Shown here: positions 1 to 13,944 of the stretch, one piece after another
Layout: each line of letters begins with the position of its first letter
How positions within the stretch are numbered: the first letter of the stretch is position 1
Assembly: GCA_013115145.1 (NCBI GenBank)
Contig: JAAPAO010000345.1
Coordinates: 1-37,390 of the forward strand
Origin: Perkinsus chesapeaki ATCC PRA-425
Taxonomy: Eukaryota; Protista; Perkinsozoa
Direction of reading: 5' to 3'
Length of the DNA: 37,390 nucleotides
Made by a program: the position numbers and the translations under genes
The notes under the pieces: generated by a model
Told to the model about the DNA's origin: nothing
Seen by the model: only the letters and a program-made list of their open reading frames with translations
The model's database searches: none

Positions 1-497
1 TTTTGATTCAATCATTGCTTCGCTCCGCTAAGCTCGCGCTCGCGCTCGCCAAGCTTCGCGCACTGATTGACAATTATAACCGAGGTTTTGACGAGCTAGG
101 GGCCCTTCATGCTACGCATTTACGCCACCAGCGTATTCATAAGGGCATCTATTCTGGTCGCTTTGAGGGACTTGCATTCTATTTGAAATACCAAGTCTTT
201 TCGCGTATCCGAACCTCGCCCTTGAAAGATTCAAAACACGTCAAGTTTTGATCATGTCAATTTATATTTCCCTGGAGGAATGAAGCCAACGATGACGTCT
301 ATCAAAGCTCTACTATTCCTCGTAACCCTTCGATGGATCAGCTACTGTGTGGCCTCGAGAAAATGGCGTATAAAGTATCTTCGATAATTGTGTTACGGCT
401 GTCTCCCTGTGAGCACGTTTCCCGTCTAAAAGGCTATCGTTACCTTCGTGGTCGTCGTCGTCGCGATCTTGTGTCATCTTGGGGTGTTTGCTCTTAA

Positions 498-1957
<1,460 letters not shown>

Positions 1958-3602
1958 GGGAAGTCCAGGCAGTATACGATAGCACTGACGATATATAATC
2001 CAGCATTGCTTAGTCGAAACTCGATACGTGAAATCATTAGAGTTAGGAGAGATATTAATTATTCATAGACTTACTACCGTCTGTTGCTCCTCGTAGCACC
2101 AGCAGCAAGCATCTGAACTTCTGCTTACTAAACTGTACTAATATTATCGTACGTGTTGATGGAGACTTGGGATGCTGGAAGTGGCCAAGTGCTATTGTAG
2201 CCACGTTTGCCGCGTCGTCTTCTTCTTCATCGTCGTCTTCTACTGTATTGTTACTTGGCTGCAATATAGCGGTGGAGCGAGGCTCTCACCGTTAGTGGTA
2301 CCTCTATTATCTAAGTTTATTCATATTGTATTGTGTGTGTTGTCAAGGGCAGCAGTTGGGGGAGGGGTCGCAAAATTACGAATAAACAGGCATTTGCCTT
2401 CACTGGTCAGGTAGCTGAAAGATCGATAATAGAGAACAGCAGCCACGGAAGCACACCACCCAAGTACAATTTTGGTAAAAAGAACGAAGCTACGAAGCCT
2501 TATACGTACTCATCTCGGTCTCAGATTAATCGCAGAACCTTGTACTTGAATTAGCTGCTACGGAGTACAGTGCCTTCCGTGGATGCTCGAAGAGCTGCGG
2601 CTGTATCTCTATTATGTCTGGTCTCTTTGGAACGGTCAGTCCTATTATGTCTCTCGCTCCCATGCACCTCCTGCTGCTGCTGCTCTTGTTACCCCTTTAC
2701 TGCTGTCTGCTGTCTTCTATCCTCCGTTGCAGCCATTGAAGCAGTGCTACCCTCGATCTGTTGTTTCTAACTATTTGGCGGCTACGAAAGAAGCATCGAC
2801 TTGTGGTATCTGTCTTCGGATTGGCTGTATCTAAATAGTAGTAGCAAACTTGAATGATATAAACAACAGCACTTAGTCATTAGCATCATCATAAATAACA
2901 CCAGCGGTAGATTCCTGAACTGGGTGAAGGTCCTCCACCACTTAGGCCTGTCTCCTTTGTGTCGACCTCCGCTCTCTGCTCCGCTGTTGCTGCTGTCACT
3001 ATGTAGTATCATCAGCTAAACATCATCCTCCGCCGCCGCTCATTATAACCTGTCGCGTTATGTAGTATGGGTTATCTGAGCCTTTCCCTCCCAGCTCTTT
3101 TTGTATGTTCCGATCCAAAGTATGGTTCATCGCCGACACAGATCAGGAGACTCGGAGAATCGATAAATGGCGGCGGGCATTTGAGCGATCTGATGAGGCA
3201 ATGTAATATCGAAGGGTACTGTGAAACTGCCGAGGGGGGGAAGCAAGCTGAGTCAGTATGGCGCTAGTGTCGCGAACGGGCTCGGATTCACACTATTTGC
3301 TGAAGTCAACTTGGTATCTTAGCAATCACTGTGAAGGACCAGCTGACGCTCAAGTTTCGAATCATCCTGCAATAATTTTAATTTTGATATCATTTCCGGT
3401 CTTTACCTAGCAGTGTTCGATCGCTTAAATCATAGTAGGATAATGAAGGTTTGTTGATAGGTTTGATATGGATGTCGATGAACCTGGGCAGGATGATCCT
3501 TTTGAGGATATCATAGTGGAGCAACCAACACTGCGAAGTAATCATATAGTGAGGGTAACGGCTACCATCTGACGGCAGCATTGATCTTACGGTCCCTTTC
3601 TT

Positions 3603-4282
3603 CACCATTTCAAGATTAGTAAAAGCCGGGCCAAATTAGTAAAAGACCAGAACAATCTATTATTTTTCCCAGATCAAATTAGCAGTCTGCTTTTTATGAT
3701 GTGGCTCATAAAGCCGCTGATACCAATAGGCGCATGCATCATGTACGGTAACTGAGTTGCTGGCAGCAACCCATCTGTCGCGACCGGCGTGACTTATAAT
3801 AAGTCATGTTTTGCGATCAACTGTTGCATTCGAAGGCGTAACCTCCATCATCACGTGGGTAGAGTGATGAAAATTGACTGACGCAATGGGTGACAGAGGA
3901 TATATCGGAGGCGTGTCAAGCATTCATCGCAGAATGGATCTTTGACTATCCATTGAGCCTCCGTTCACTCTGGTTACGAAATTGGTCGGGGCTTTTACTA
4001 ATTTGTTCTGCCCTATATTAATTTGTTCTGCCCTATATTAATTTGTTCTGGGCTATATTAATTTGTTCTGGGCTATACTAATTTGTTCTGGGCTATACTA
4101 ATTTGTTCTGGGCTATATTAATTTGTTCTGGGCTTTTATTAATTTGTTCTGGGCTATATTAATTTGTTCTGGGCTATATTAATTTGGTTTTGGCTTTTAC
4201 TAATTTGTTCTGGGTTATATTAATTTGTTCTGGGCTATATTAATTTGGTCTTGTCTTTTACTAATTACATCTTGAAATGGTG
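3603..4282. mobile_element. Putative foldback/MITE-like non-autonomous element with modular inverted termini
   Basis: CACCATTTCAAGA (3603-3615) is the exact reverse complement of TCTTGAAATGGTG (4270-4282). The left arm (3616-3658) holds ~2 inverted copies of the tandem unit. No clean TSD and no coding capacity seen. Confidence 0.55.
3980..4267. repeat. Tandem array of ~14 copies of a 20-21 bp unit (consensus ATTTGTTCTGGGCTATATTA)
   Basis: Units start at about 3980, 4001, 4021, 4041, 4061, 4081, 4101, 4121, 4142, 4162, 4182, 4203, 4223 and 4243, with variants CCCT/GGCT and TATTA/TACTA/TTTTACTA. Confidence 0.95.
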
Positions 4283-4434
4283 TATGTGTTACCAACTTCT
4301 ACACGATGAACTTCTGCTCCAGGGAACTTGTAGATGAAGGTCTCTGCTTGACTTCGATTTTTATAGCGTCTGCGCTCTCCGTACTGCTATGGGGTAATAA
4401 GTCTGTAAGTCAGGTCGCCTCGTTCTATATCGCG

Positions 4435-6602
4435 ATGAAACTGGAGGCTTATCTGACCGAGTGAATGCGTTACCTTTGCAGCGAAGTCGACAGGTCCTTC
4501 TGCTTGGAATCACGAACCGGGTATACTTGGGCGAGCCTGGCGAAATGAATTGACTCGAGCGTGTGAGATGTCTAACCGTTGTATGTTGTCGATCACCTGT
4601 GCTGGACATAAACAGCATGAGCGTTATAATTGTACTTTGCAGGCCTCGAGCAGCGGTGATAAAGTTGCAGACATTTCTCTACCGGTTCTAAAACGGGCAC
4701 CTTTGTGAGATTTGCGCAACAGAATGTCTATTGCTATAATATCATCTCTGCTTCAACAGCAGCGATGGCGGAAGGATAACTCTTTCATGTCATGGAATCG
4801 ACGTCTTGCTTAACCTGGGTGTTCAGTCAGATATAGCACCCTGGCTGGACGCCTTCGTTGAAAGCATTGAACATGTATCCTATCTTATTTATAATCCAGT
4901 GGAAGAATCTGATGCATCGTCATCATCATCAGCGTGTAAGAAGTGCTATCCTTTGTATAGGCAACTCCTGCATAAATCCATATCAGGTATAGGAAGCGTT
5001 GTCATCAATTTTACGACTCAAGCCGCGGGTGAGACTTTCTACAAGAGATATCATAACAGGTAGCCATTTCCTCGGGTAACCTTTTCTTCGAATGAACTCG
5101 TCATTCGGAATAAATGATGCAGCAGTTCGCATCCTTCAAGGACTGCTATCGACGGCATCGCCTGCTTGTTTAGGCACTTTGGCGAAACCGAATCCAAACA
5201 CTCTATCGGGCCGGTCTGTTATGTTCTGTTCTTGAGTGAGCTTCGTGTGGGTGTCTGCAATAGCGTAGATGAGCTCAGAGACACATCACAGTGTAGGAGG
5301 CGACTCGGCACACCGGTAACGATGGCATTGTAATCCACTTGTCATCACTTCCGTTCTCGTCGACAGCTCCCCGCCTGCCCATTTTGTCTTGAGCGCCTTG
5401 ACGTCACCGTCACTGGGATCATTACTGGGAAGCATGGATGGTTGGAAATGTCGTCTGGATGGAATAAGGCCGGTGAGAATGGTAGAGGCAGCGCTTCGTA
5501 ATTTCTTAGCAGAATGGTGCGAGTGCTGTAAACGTATGAGGTGTACCGACGGTCAGATGGTCTGCGAGGAGTGCGGCGCCCCTCAAACTGAGGACGCTCC
5601 AATGTGGGTAACGTGGTGGCTGATGTTAATTGAGTGGCGATGAAAAGCGAAATCAGATCTGCTTGATTTGCGGGCATGTCGGTTGTGGTCGCTACACTAA
5701 GGCAGCCTGTGCAAAACATCACGCCCTCGAAGTCGGCCACAGCCTTTGCATGGAGATCTCCAATGGCCGAATCTGGGACTATAGACGAGACGCTTTTGTT
5801 CATCGACGACTGGTGATGATATTCGTAGAAGAGGCGACGATACTGCTATCAGTTGTAGGTGCAGGAGTCAGGAAGGATGCTGGATTTGGACCCAGCAGCG
5901 GAGTCTTCTTCACCCGAGTCATCTGCCGATAACCATATGGTTCGACGAGCAATTATCGAGCAAGGAAATGGTGGAACGACTGCGAGGAGCGAGCTGGATA
6001 TATTGCTGAGTTCTCAAATAGAAGAGGAACGTCGACGAGTGAGTTGGCCTTCTCCGATTAACTGACCAACTGATCAATTTCCAGTACGAGGAGGCCTGCG
6101 CTGAGCTGGAGGCAGTTGGTCAGAGTCGCTCATCTCACGAGAGGTATCTCATGGAAATGGTGGACATGCCCGAACTGGAGGAGACAGGGTGTGTGGCGCA
6201 TTTATGAAACGATTCATTTCGAGCGTTTTTACTGCATAGGAGACTATTGAAGGAGAAGAAAGAGAGAATAACTGCGCTGCGCCACGAAATTAGACGACAT
6301 CGGCGGTTACACGACAGAAAGACGAAGGAGTTGAATGACCTTCAAGAGGTGATCGCTAAAGTGAGATCGAGACATTTCGTATAACAGGTTGTTGGGAAAC
6401 TGCTAGCAGAAAAGAGATCTCTAGAAAAACGAATCAGAAAAACTCCACTGGTGAGCATCGACATTGAAGATGACAGGGAAGTGCGACGACTGAGACAAGA
6501 GGTAGGTTTGAGTGTCCCCGACTCCGGCCACATGACGGGCATCTTCGACAGGTGGATGAGCTGACATTGCGTATAAGCAATCTGGATAATCCACAACAAT
6601 AA
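4435..6602 (+). CDS. BRAP: BRCA1-associated protein (BRAP/IMP/ETP1)-like: BRAP2 domain, degenerate RING, zf-UBP, coiled coil; multi-exon, start approximate
   Basis: Spliced reading gives VVINFTTQAAGETFYKRYHNRHF...VCYVLFLSEL (BRAP2-like), LPACPFCLERLD (RING start), MWICLICGHVGCGRY...H...GRIWDYRRDAFVHRRL (zf-UBP), then a coiled-coil tail to TAA 6600-6602. Confidence 0.85.
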
Positions 6603-7216
6603 TAATAATGATGTTTCGCATCAGATAATTAACTTTTCGTATAGTTTAATGAAACAAGTGGAAAGTGATGCTTGTTGGATCGAGCGAAATGTGGGGTCAT
6701 AAGTCGATACCATCTTTTGGTTGTCTGCGTCAAAACACGTGTTTTTGTAAGAACTCGATTTGATCGAAGGACAGGACTGCTAATCGCTTACTTTCTCCCA
6801 TAAGTACGAAGTCGGATGGTCACTCCTAGTGCCGCTTCCGTTCGATGTGGTGACTTCATGCAATGGTTGCCAACTTATTGTTGCTGCATCCCTACCGTGA
6901 GCTGACCTCTGAAGCAGTAAGGCCTCCGGATTTAAAAGGGACCTACCTATATGTGGGTTGTGTGGCATAACTAACCAGTGCTTCTTAACCCAGTAACATG
7001 GCTCTAGTAGGGTACTGTTACGTGACCTCTAGTTGCACGTGCCACTGTTACGTGGCACTGTGGCAGTGCCACTGCTACGGTAAGGCCGCGCTACCTACAG
7101 GCTGTAGGATACAGCCCTAATACTAGATATGTTGGTCGATACAACGTTGGATCGATCTTCCAGCTCAACACTGTCCTATAGATGATGGCTCACCTAGTCA
7201 GTTTGTATTTCATATA

Positions 7217-7344
7217 AGACTATTGAAGGAGAAGAAAGAGAGGATAGCTGCGCTTCGCCACGAAATTAAATCGGCGGTTACACGATACTATCGTGACGAT
7301 AGGAAACAAAGGATCTGAATGACCTTCAAGAGGTGATCGCTAAA
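7217..7344 (+). pseudogene. Diverged duplicate of one BRAP exon (6241-6360)
   Basis: AGACTATTGAAGGAGAAGAAAGAGAG...CGCCACGAAATTA...ATCGGCGGTTACACGA...TGAATGACCTTCAAGAGGTGATCGCTAAA is shared with 6241-6360, with substitutions and indels. Confidence 0.85.
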
Positions 7345-7645
7345 AAGAGGAAGTGTTCCAGTGGTTGTAAGGTGGTGGCAAACTCGTCCAATTGTTCTGA
7401 AAACAACAAAATGGTAAGACCAGAAAATGAACTCTCTCTGAAAGTCGGACACTACTTGCCAAATAGCATCAAGGATAGCAAGCCACTAATACCGTCAAAT
7501 GAAATGAGAGTTCATCAAAGTACATTACTTTTATTCCAACATAAAAAGTATTTCTAAGAAAGAGTTTTGAATGAATGAAATAACAATCACTTGAGCGAAT
7601 AATAAACTGCTCTGTGATTGGTGTATTTAATCTATAGCAAAGCTT

Positions 7646-10013
7646 CTACATCGTCATGTTTCTGCCTCGCGCAAGGAGCTGGGTATGAGCTGGGTTAGTG
7701 GTTCTTATCCACTCCTTGATAACCTGGGATGTATATTCGACGACCGCCCTGAGAAGCTAAGGAATTAGCCCTGCATCACACACGATCATGTCAGATAGAG
7801 CAAACAAATTGGTTCTGAACCAATGGTTCAGCTATGTGTCCCGAATATAGTGTAGAACTCATTCTATTTCCACGCTTCACAACGAGCAATGAGCCACTTA
7901 CTTATTAACACGATGCGACCAGTAGCAGTGGGATGCGTCAGGTATCTGCCAGTAACCGTGCACAGTAATTACCACGCACTTTCGGGATTGAGCGAGACGG
8001 AATGTTCAATGCTCACCACAAGGGCTCGGACCCCGACCTTGTCTTCAGTTATCGAGGCAGAAATCCATGGGTCAGCTCCTCCATTGATAGACAATATATT
8101 AGTTGCGCCACTCAGTTCTTTCCCGCCATATTCCGTTTGAACTTCAGCTACATATTTCTTCAACTAACAGGAGTTAACAAGCGTCAAATCGATATCCGAA
8201 GTACGGGATTAGTTGGGCAGTAACGTACAATGAACATTGTTACCTTCTCCTCGGATATGTCAAACGCTTCGCACGCGGTGATTGCTTGCTTCAGAACGTC
8301 ATCGGTCCTCAACCATGGGCAGTTGTTCTTCTCGGTACATGGCTGTCGCTGAGCAAACCCCCTGCAATATACAAATTCCCGCATTCTTTCGCCACTCTTA
8401 TTATGCGGATCCGTCAACCTGATATTAAACTCTCATTGTTACGCACTCCGGATCATCCAACTACGGCGTACCTTTTCATCAAGAAGGGCCACTCAACAAG
8501 TCTGCATGCCCCCGCAGGAACAGGATTGTTTACCAGGTACACGCTGGCAACGGCATCAAGCGGGTCCCTAAAGAGTTTCGACAGTACTTATGTTCGAACC
8601 TTTGATGGAACATTGACTACTCTGTTTCACCGAGTCGCTTGCAAACTCTTTCAATGTTACAGTAGACTTCCTTACATTCTGGGTCATTTTCTTGTACGAA
8701 GATACCGAGAAGCCGATCAGACCAACTTCTACAAGAATACATTCCACAAAAGTTCACAGTTGTACTCTATCTGAGAGCTGTACAACGCAATTTGGTTGCT
8801 CCGAGCTTCCAATTGGTTTTTGCATAACTTGAACTTTCTTTCCAACTGGCGCCCTTTATCAGCCGACCCTAGCCAATCTCCGAATGTTTTGTGTGCTTTC
8901 ACAACCTGAGTAGCACTACGCATTCACTCGAGGCTTGACATAATTCTGCTGCTTACTTTCTCCAAACACGCTTCACTTCCTCCGAGATTTTTATTAGAAA
9001 GGTCATCAGCCTCAATGGTGGAATATCTAAGTTGCAAACGAAGGATATGTAAATGTACGGCGAGAATATATTCGGATGAGTAGCACTCGCAGGAGGTCAG
9101 GTCGGTCTCACTTCTCCAACGCCAGCTGTACGTCAAATGCAGATGAGCTTGATACTGCCCCGACGAACTGGGCCGGATGTTTCTGGCGCACCCACGCTGC
9201 GAGAGCCTAATAACGATATCGCCCATATGAGCCTCACGATGTTGATATACCTCACCCCGGGGTAGCTGTCACCAAAGAGAATTATCTTGAGGTTGGGAGC
9301 ATTGAGATGTTCCTTACGGTGGGGCAGAATGGTAGGACAATCTTCAACAGTTTGATGAATGGTAAGGAGTTGTTTTAGTTTAGGAGCAGACACGTCACTC
9401 GTTGGAAAACTCGAACCGCTGTACCTTGGCATAATAATTCTTAACGGTCAAGGCAAGTATAATGGACCTATGTTCTAGAATGACGATGGCAAATTTATTA
9501 GCTTCAGCCACAGCCTTCATACCGGCAGGACAATTGTCTGGATAGTCTGCAAAATCACCAAGATAGAGAATAGCTATCTGACAAAGGCAAAGTTTCCTGA
9601 TAAGAGATTTAGCAAGCTGTAACCAACCGAGTACCTGTTGTGCCGTGTCATAAAATTCCCGGTTAAGATAGAAAGCTTGCTCGAAATAACCAGAACCTGA
9701 GAGTGGAAGCCATCTGTAATGGTAAGCATAGACGTTGCTCGTGTAGAAAGATTTGCAGGACCAATCGACATCTCTATGTACCTACTCATATTAAAATGGT
9801 CCACCTTCTGTTGAAAAACGCCCTTCACCCAGTCATCTGTCAGCCGTGTACTATAGTTACTCCCTCGCCACCTGAGGAATATATTTAGTATGCGTATCCG
9901 CTGGACTCAATTGATTAGAGGATCTCGAGTCGCTCCTACTTGCCGATCCCATCTCCGACGTTTAATGCAGCTGCGATTGACAACAGAAGAGAGGCAATTT
10001 GCCAATTCAGCAT
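7646..10013 (-). CDS. Secreted serine carboxypeptidase, family S28 (PRCP/TSSP-like), multi-exon
   Basis: Signal peptide MLNWQIASLLLSIAAA; FQQKVDHFN; LEHRYSGSSFP; nucleophile FGDSYPG; ALAAWVRQKHP; YGGKELSGATNILSINGGADPW (Asp); ASHCYW (His); final VIKEWI. 3'-end exon boundaries are approximate. Confidence 0.9.
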
Positions 10014-12341
10014 ATCGTTACGAGAACACGACGAAACCTCGGATCGATGCTTCGCCGTCCTCCAACTCAACACTATCTCATGGCTGATCGCTCATCTAGT
10101 ATTTGTAGTGGTGAAGTACGACCAACCGAGCGACACGAGCAGTACAAAAACCCCTCGAGTGAAGGATAAAAAGCAAAAAGAGCCTCATATAAAGAATCGC
10201 AGGCAATCATGAGGACAAAGCGCTCACATCACATTAAGCTTATCTTCTAAAATAAAGAATCATATACGACTTAGCTAACTACTGGCACCAAAAGCAGAAC
10301 AGTCCCTTGAAGAATATATTTATGACTTTTAAGTAATAAGATAATCAGCCTTCAATATAACTACCAACTCAGCAAAAATACATGAAATAACTAAAACACC
10401 GGTAGAGAGTAGGCCTAGAGGGAAATGTCGGCGACCGCCACTGGCGAGGGGCATATTATCACAGCATTTCTATTATGCTGGTGAACAATAGCCATACCTT
10501 GGGTCGAGAGAACGAAGCGTGTGCCTCAGTAGCACATGGAGGGCCATATAGACTGAAAACTTACTGGGGAACTAGATTATTGGCTGATGAACCGACTAAT
10601 GATCATCCATGAGATCTTCTCATTGGGGGACGTTCAAACAAAGCTATTCTTCGAATTTGAAGTGCTAGGTAATCTGAAGTACACGTGGACTCGACGCGGA
10701 CACCCTGACAGCATGTTTAATAGTTCGCAATGTATCTAGAGCGTCTCCTCCGTATTCTGTACAGTAGTAGGTATTGGGAGAGGGAGATCTGTTCTATGAA
10801 GAATTTTAGCCCGGAATAACCAGTGTCAATGATTCAGTGGGCGATTTATAGCAAGCGTTTATAGTCCATTATTGCGCGCCAGAGCCAAGACGCACGGCGT
10901 GCGGCACGTGTAATAGCCCAAGTTCTTCAGCCTGTTCTAGCAACGGAATTTTCCGCCTACTATCCGTGAAAGGCTTGAGTCATAAGAAGTAAGCCTGTGA
11001 GAAGGAGCATCACATGGAATTTACAGTCCACACGAGCTATGCTATTGAAAATAAGGTTTGACAAAATTTCATAGAATGGGCAGGCGGGATGTCTCTGCGC
11101 CGGCACCTGTTCTGTTTCCTTCGGAGTTGAGTGGTTATGCACTCAAATGAGACTCTACCTCCAGCTGCTGGTTCCCGGCAACCAAGTTTGAAGCTCATCC
11201 GTACAGTGTAGGGCTATCGGTGCTGTCAGTGTTGACGATTGTCGGGATTGCCAGTTGTGCCAACACATGCCCTGTTTACACTGGAGCGGCTCCGTTGGAG
11301 CCCCCGCCCATACTGATCTGGCTCCACGAAGTGGAGGTGTACGAACTAACTATTGACTAGTATCGCCAGCCGCCGAAGCAATGTGGTGCTCTCCCATGAT
11401 AATAAACCAGAGGCTAACTTGACCATGTCAAATTAGGCTGAAATGCCCCCCGCAGTGCGGGGCCCGCACGCTCTTGGAATCATTGTGGGCACCGCGAGTA
11501 CATCCTCCTATCATTCGCTGGAGCCAGGACCTCTGTTCGAAGTTCACATTCGAGTGGCTTTTTGTTCCTAGCTTATAATGACGATAATAAGGCGTGAACG
11601 ATCTGTTGGCCCTCTTTTGTTTTGTGCATCGCGCCTGACTGCATCTTCCGACGCCGTTGAACTGGCTGGCCTAGTGCCTCTGGGTTCAGCATCTTCGACT
11701 ATGCGCGCTTTCCTGCGTCGGTTCTCAGATGATGTCAATCTTTCCACTACGCGCCATAGTATTCTTCAATCGCTTATCTCAATATAGCTGAGTCAGGTAA
11801 GCTGAGCTGATCACTGCTCACATTTTGATGCGTTGAACGTACTACGGTTCCCAAATAGGATGACTCTGCGCTGTTGCCTACAACCTATAGGCTACAAGTT
11901 GTAGCCGTAGCTAGACTGGACATTATGTAACATAATTTATGTTTTGATTAGTCGATGTTTAATTGAGATTCCACCTTTTTCCATTATTGTGGTATTCGAG
12001 GTACATTAAAGCTTCTAAGATCCGCATTTAATTCCAGAGTAATTCAGATATCAACAATCTTCGGCTTTAGGAGGAACTTATCGAGTTGCCTTATATACTA
12101 TTAGGAACTCTCACGCAATACGAGAAATCGGGCTGGCGGGCGCTTGTCGCCGCACGATGCCTATGAAGATTGCTCCGTAGTGTCTCTGTCGTCCGCCTAG
12201 GGTGAACAACATCCGAGTCCATTGAGACTGGTCGGTAGATATTCATCCAGAGTAATCACCACCGCGGTTATTCATTGATAGTGTTTGCTACGATTGACTT
12301 CTGTCGAGAACTTAACAGCCGAGATACGGGAGAAACCTAGG

Positions 12342-13201
12342 TTACGTTTGTGAAGTGCTCTGAGAGGCTGCCTCGTTGTCGGACTTCTTTTTAGTTGCCC
12401 ACACTTTCCTTCTCTTCTTTATCTAGACAAACACTATCAAGTACGACAACAGAGCTTTCGAAGATCTAATTTCCGGTGATATGAAACTTCGGTAGATTAT
12501 CAAGCTCTTGATCAAGTTGACTTTCGCATGAACAGAAATACCGCTGTTTGAGAGAATGGGAATCAGCATTTAAAATCCGTGCACCAATACTTCTCGCTCA
12601 ACAAGTTTTTTATTCCTATTTATTCGGTTCACTCTCTTTGCACTCTTTCCTCCGCCCGCCGCCGAAGGCTCGATTCTCAACCTATCTCATGAAGGCTACG
12701 GGTGAGCGGACAAATAAAGGCTCACTTTCGACCGTTGAGCTCACTACCGGTCATGGCCAAAGCCTTCTGCATTGCCTCCGATGTGGTAAACTCAACAAAG
12801 GCGCAGCCTCTCGATTGCCCGCTTTCTTTATCAGTGAGAAGACGTATCGAGACAAGCTCATCTGAGGGAATGTCACAAGTAGCCGAATCGGTAGTTGCAA
12901 ATTACCTTTTACGCACTTAAAGAAGTGCTTCACCGAATCGTCGTTCGCACTGTACGGCATGTTCCCTACGAACACCTTATACCTTACAAATGCAAGAGTG
13001 ATGTATGATATAATATCTCGAGCGATGGCGAAGCCCGGATATACGGCAACGCAGCTTTAGTTTGGCCCAGACGTTGGTCGATTACTGTTTGCCAGCCCTT
13101 TGCTCCTTATCATCCTTTCCCTGGGCTTTCTCCTCACCACCAATTTGGGCTTGATTTTCTATTTCATCCGATACGGCCTCATCCGACGAAAGATCGGACA
13201 T
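12342..13201 (-). CDS. Single-RRM nucleolar protein, Nop6-like
   Basis: Acidic N-terminus; RNP2 KVFVGNMPY; RNP1 SRGCAFVEF; LNGRKLRIEPSAAGGGKSAKRVNRINRNKKLVERE resembles the basic GGG tail of Nop6-family proteins. Confidence 0.8.
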
Positions 13202-13398
13202 ACCGAATAACTGACGGCAGTATCGTCTAAATCGTATCGAGTTTATCAGCGGCCATTCAGAACAATTATGAACGCAAGCACGATCAAGTAGTAGGAAATG
13301 AGATTTTTCACTACGGTCATCGTTACTTGTACCTGAGCAGGATTATTGAGCCAATGTGGCGACATCCAATGACATCACCTATCTGAGGGTGCTGTAGG

Positions 13399-13944
13399 CT
13401 ACTGCACTACTCTATCCAGGCATTCCCACATGAGTACCGAATTACCACGAATCACCGTCATTCCGATATCCCGCTTCTCAGTACGTGAAACTAGTTCAAC
13501 CTGAAGTAACAATAATTGTTAAACCCGAATTGTTAAACAATTAGCGTTTCTATGTAGACCCCAACAGAGTGGTGCGGAAGTAGTCCACTCCTGAGAGACT
13601 GTGCTGCTTGGCAAATCTCAGAGTTACAACGCTTATTGGTGAAGCTAACTGCTTTGCTTGGCACCTCCCTGGCATGATGCACTATAAAATAATTTCTCAC
13701 ATTTCCACAGCGAGAAGATACCGAAATTCCCGACTAGCGCACTACCGCGTTGTCCAGTACAAGATTCATGAACTGGTCGTATCCACGGAGAACCCCGACG
13801 ACATGGCGATTGCCATTGAGCTTAACTGACCAGGACAATGGGCATAATTGATGTTAAAGAGGTATTACGGTCGAGCCGCTTCTCCATGAACTTCCTTAGA
13901 TCAGCACCGGCACCAGCCTTGGGGATTGAGACGGTCGCTGACAT
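13399..13944 (-). CDS. SNRPG: Small nuclear ribonucleoprotein Sm-G (3 exons)
   Basis: [85 protein letters not shown] contains the Sm1 and Sm2 motifs typical of Sm-G. Confidence 0.97.

Noticed and set aside
3-251. 82-aa plus-strand ORF at the window edge
   Set aside because: No recognisable motif or splice-supported continuation, and no true ATG start.
2055-3608. Possible minus-strand multi-exon gene (ORFs 2055-2264, 2782-3012, 3390-3608)
   Set aside because: Some exon-like pieces, but no consistent phase across the apparent introns and no known motif; left unresolved.
3980-4267. Tandem array considered as a CRISPR array
   Set aside because: No unique spacers between the repeats, eukaryotic context, and no cas genes.
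10400-12300. Stop-riddled reading frames on the minus strand
   Set aside because: Could be a decayed gene or TE, but no domain or termini could be identified.
12680-12700. Partial similarity to the dinoflagellate/Perkinsus spliced leader (CCGTAGCC) here and GTAGCCATTT at ~5060
   Set aside because: Only 8-10 nt match, inside cis-introns, and without the GGCTCAAG 3' end; compatible with chance.
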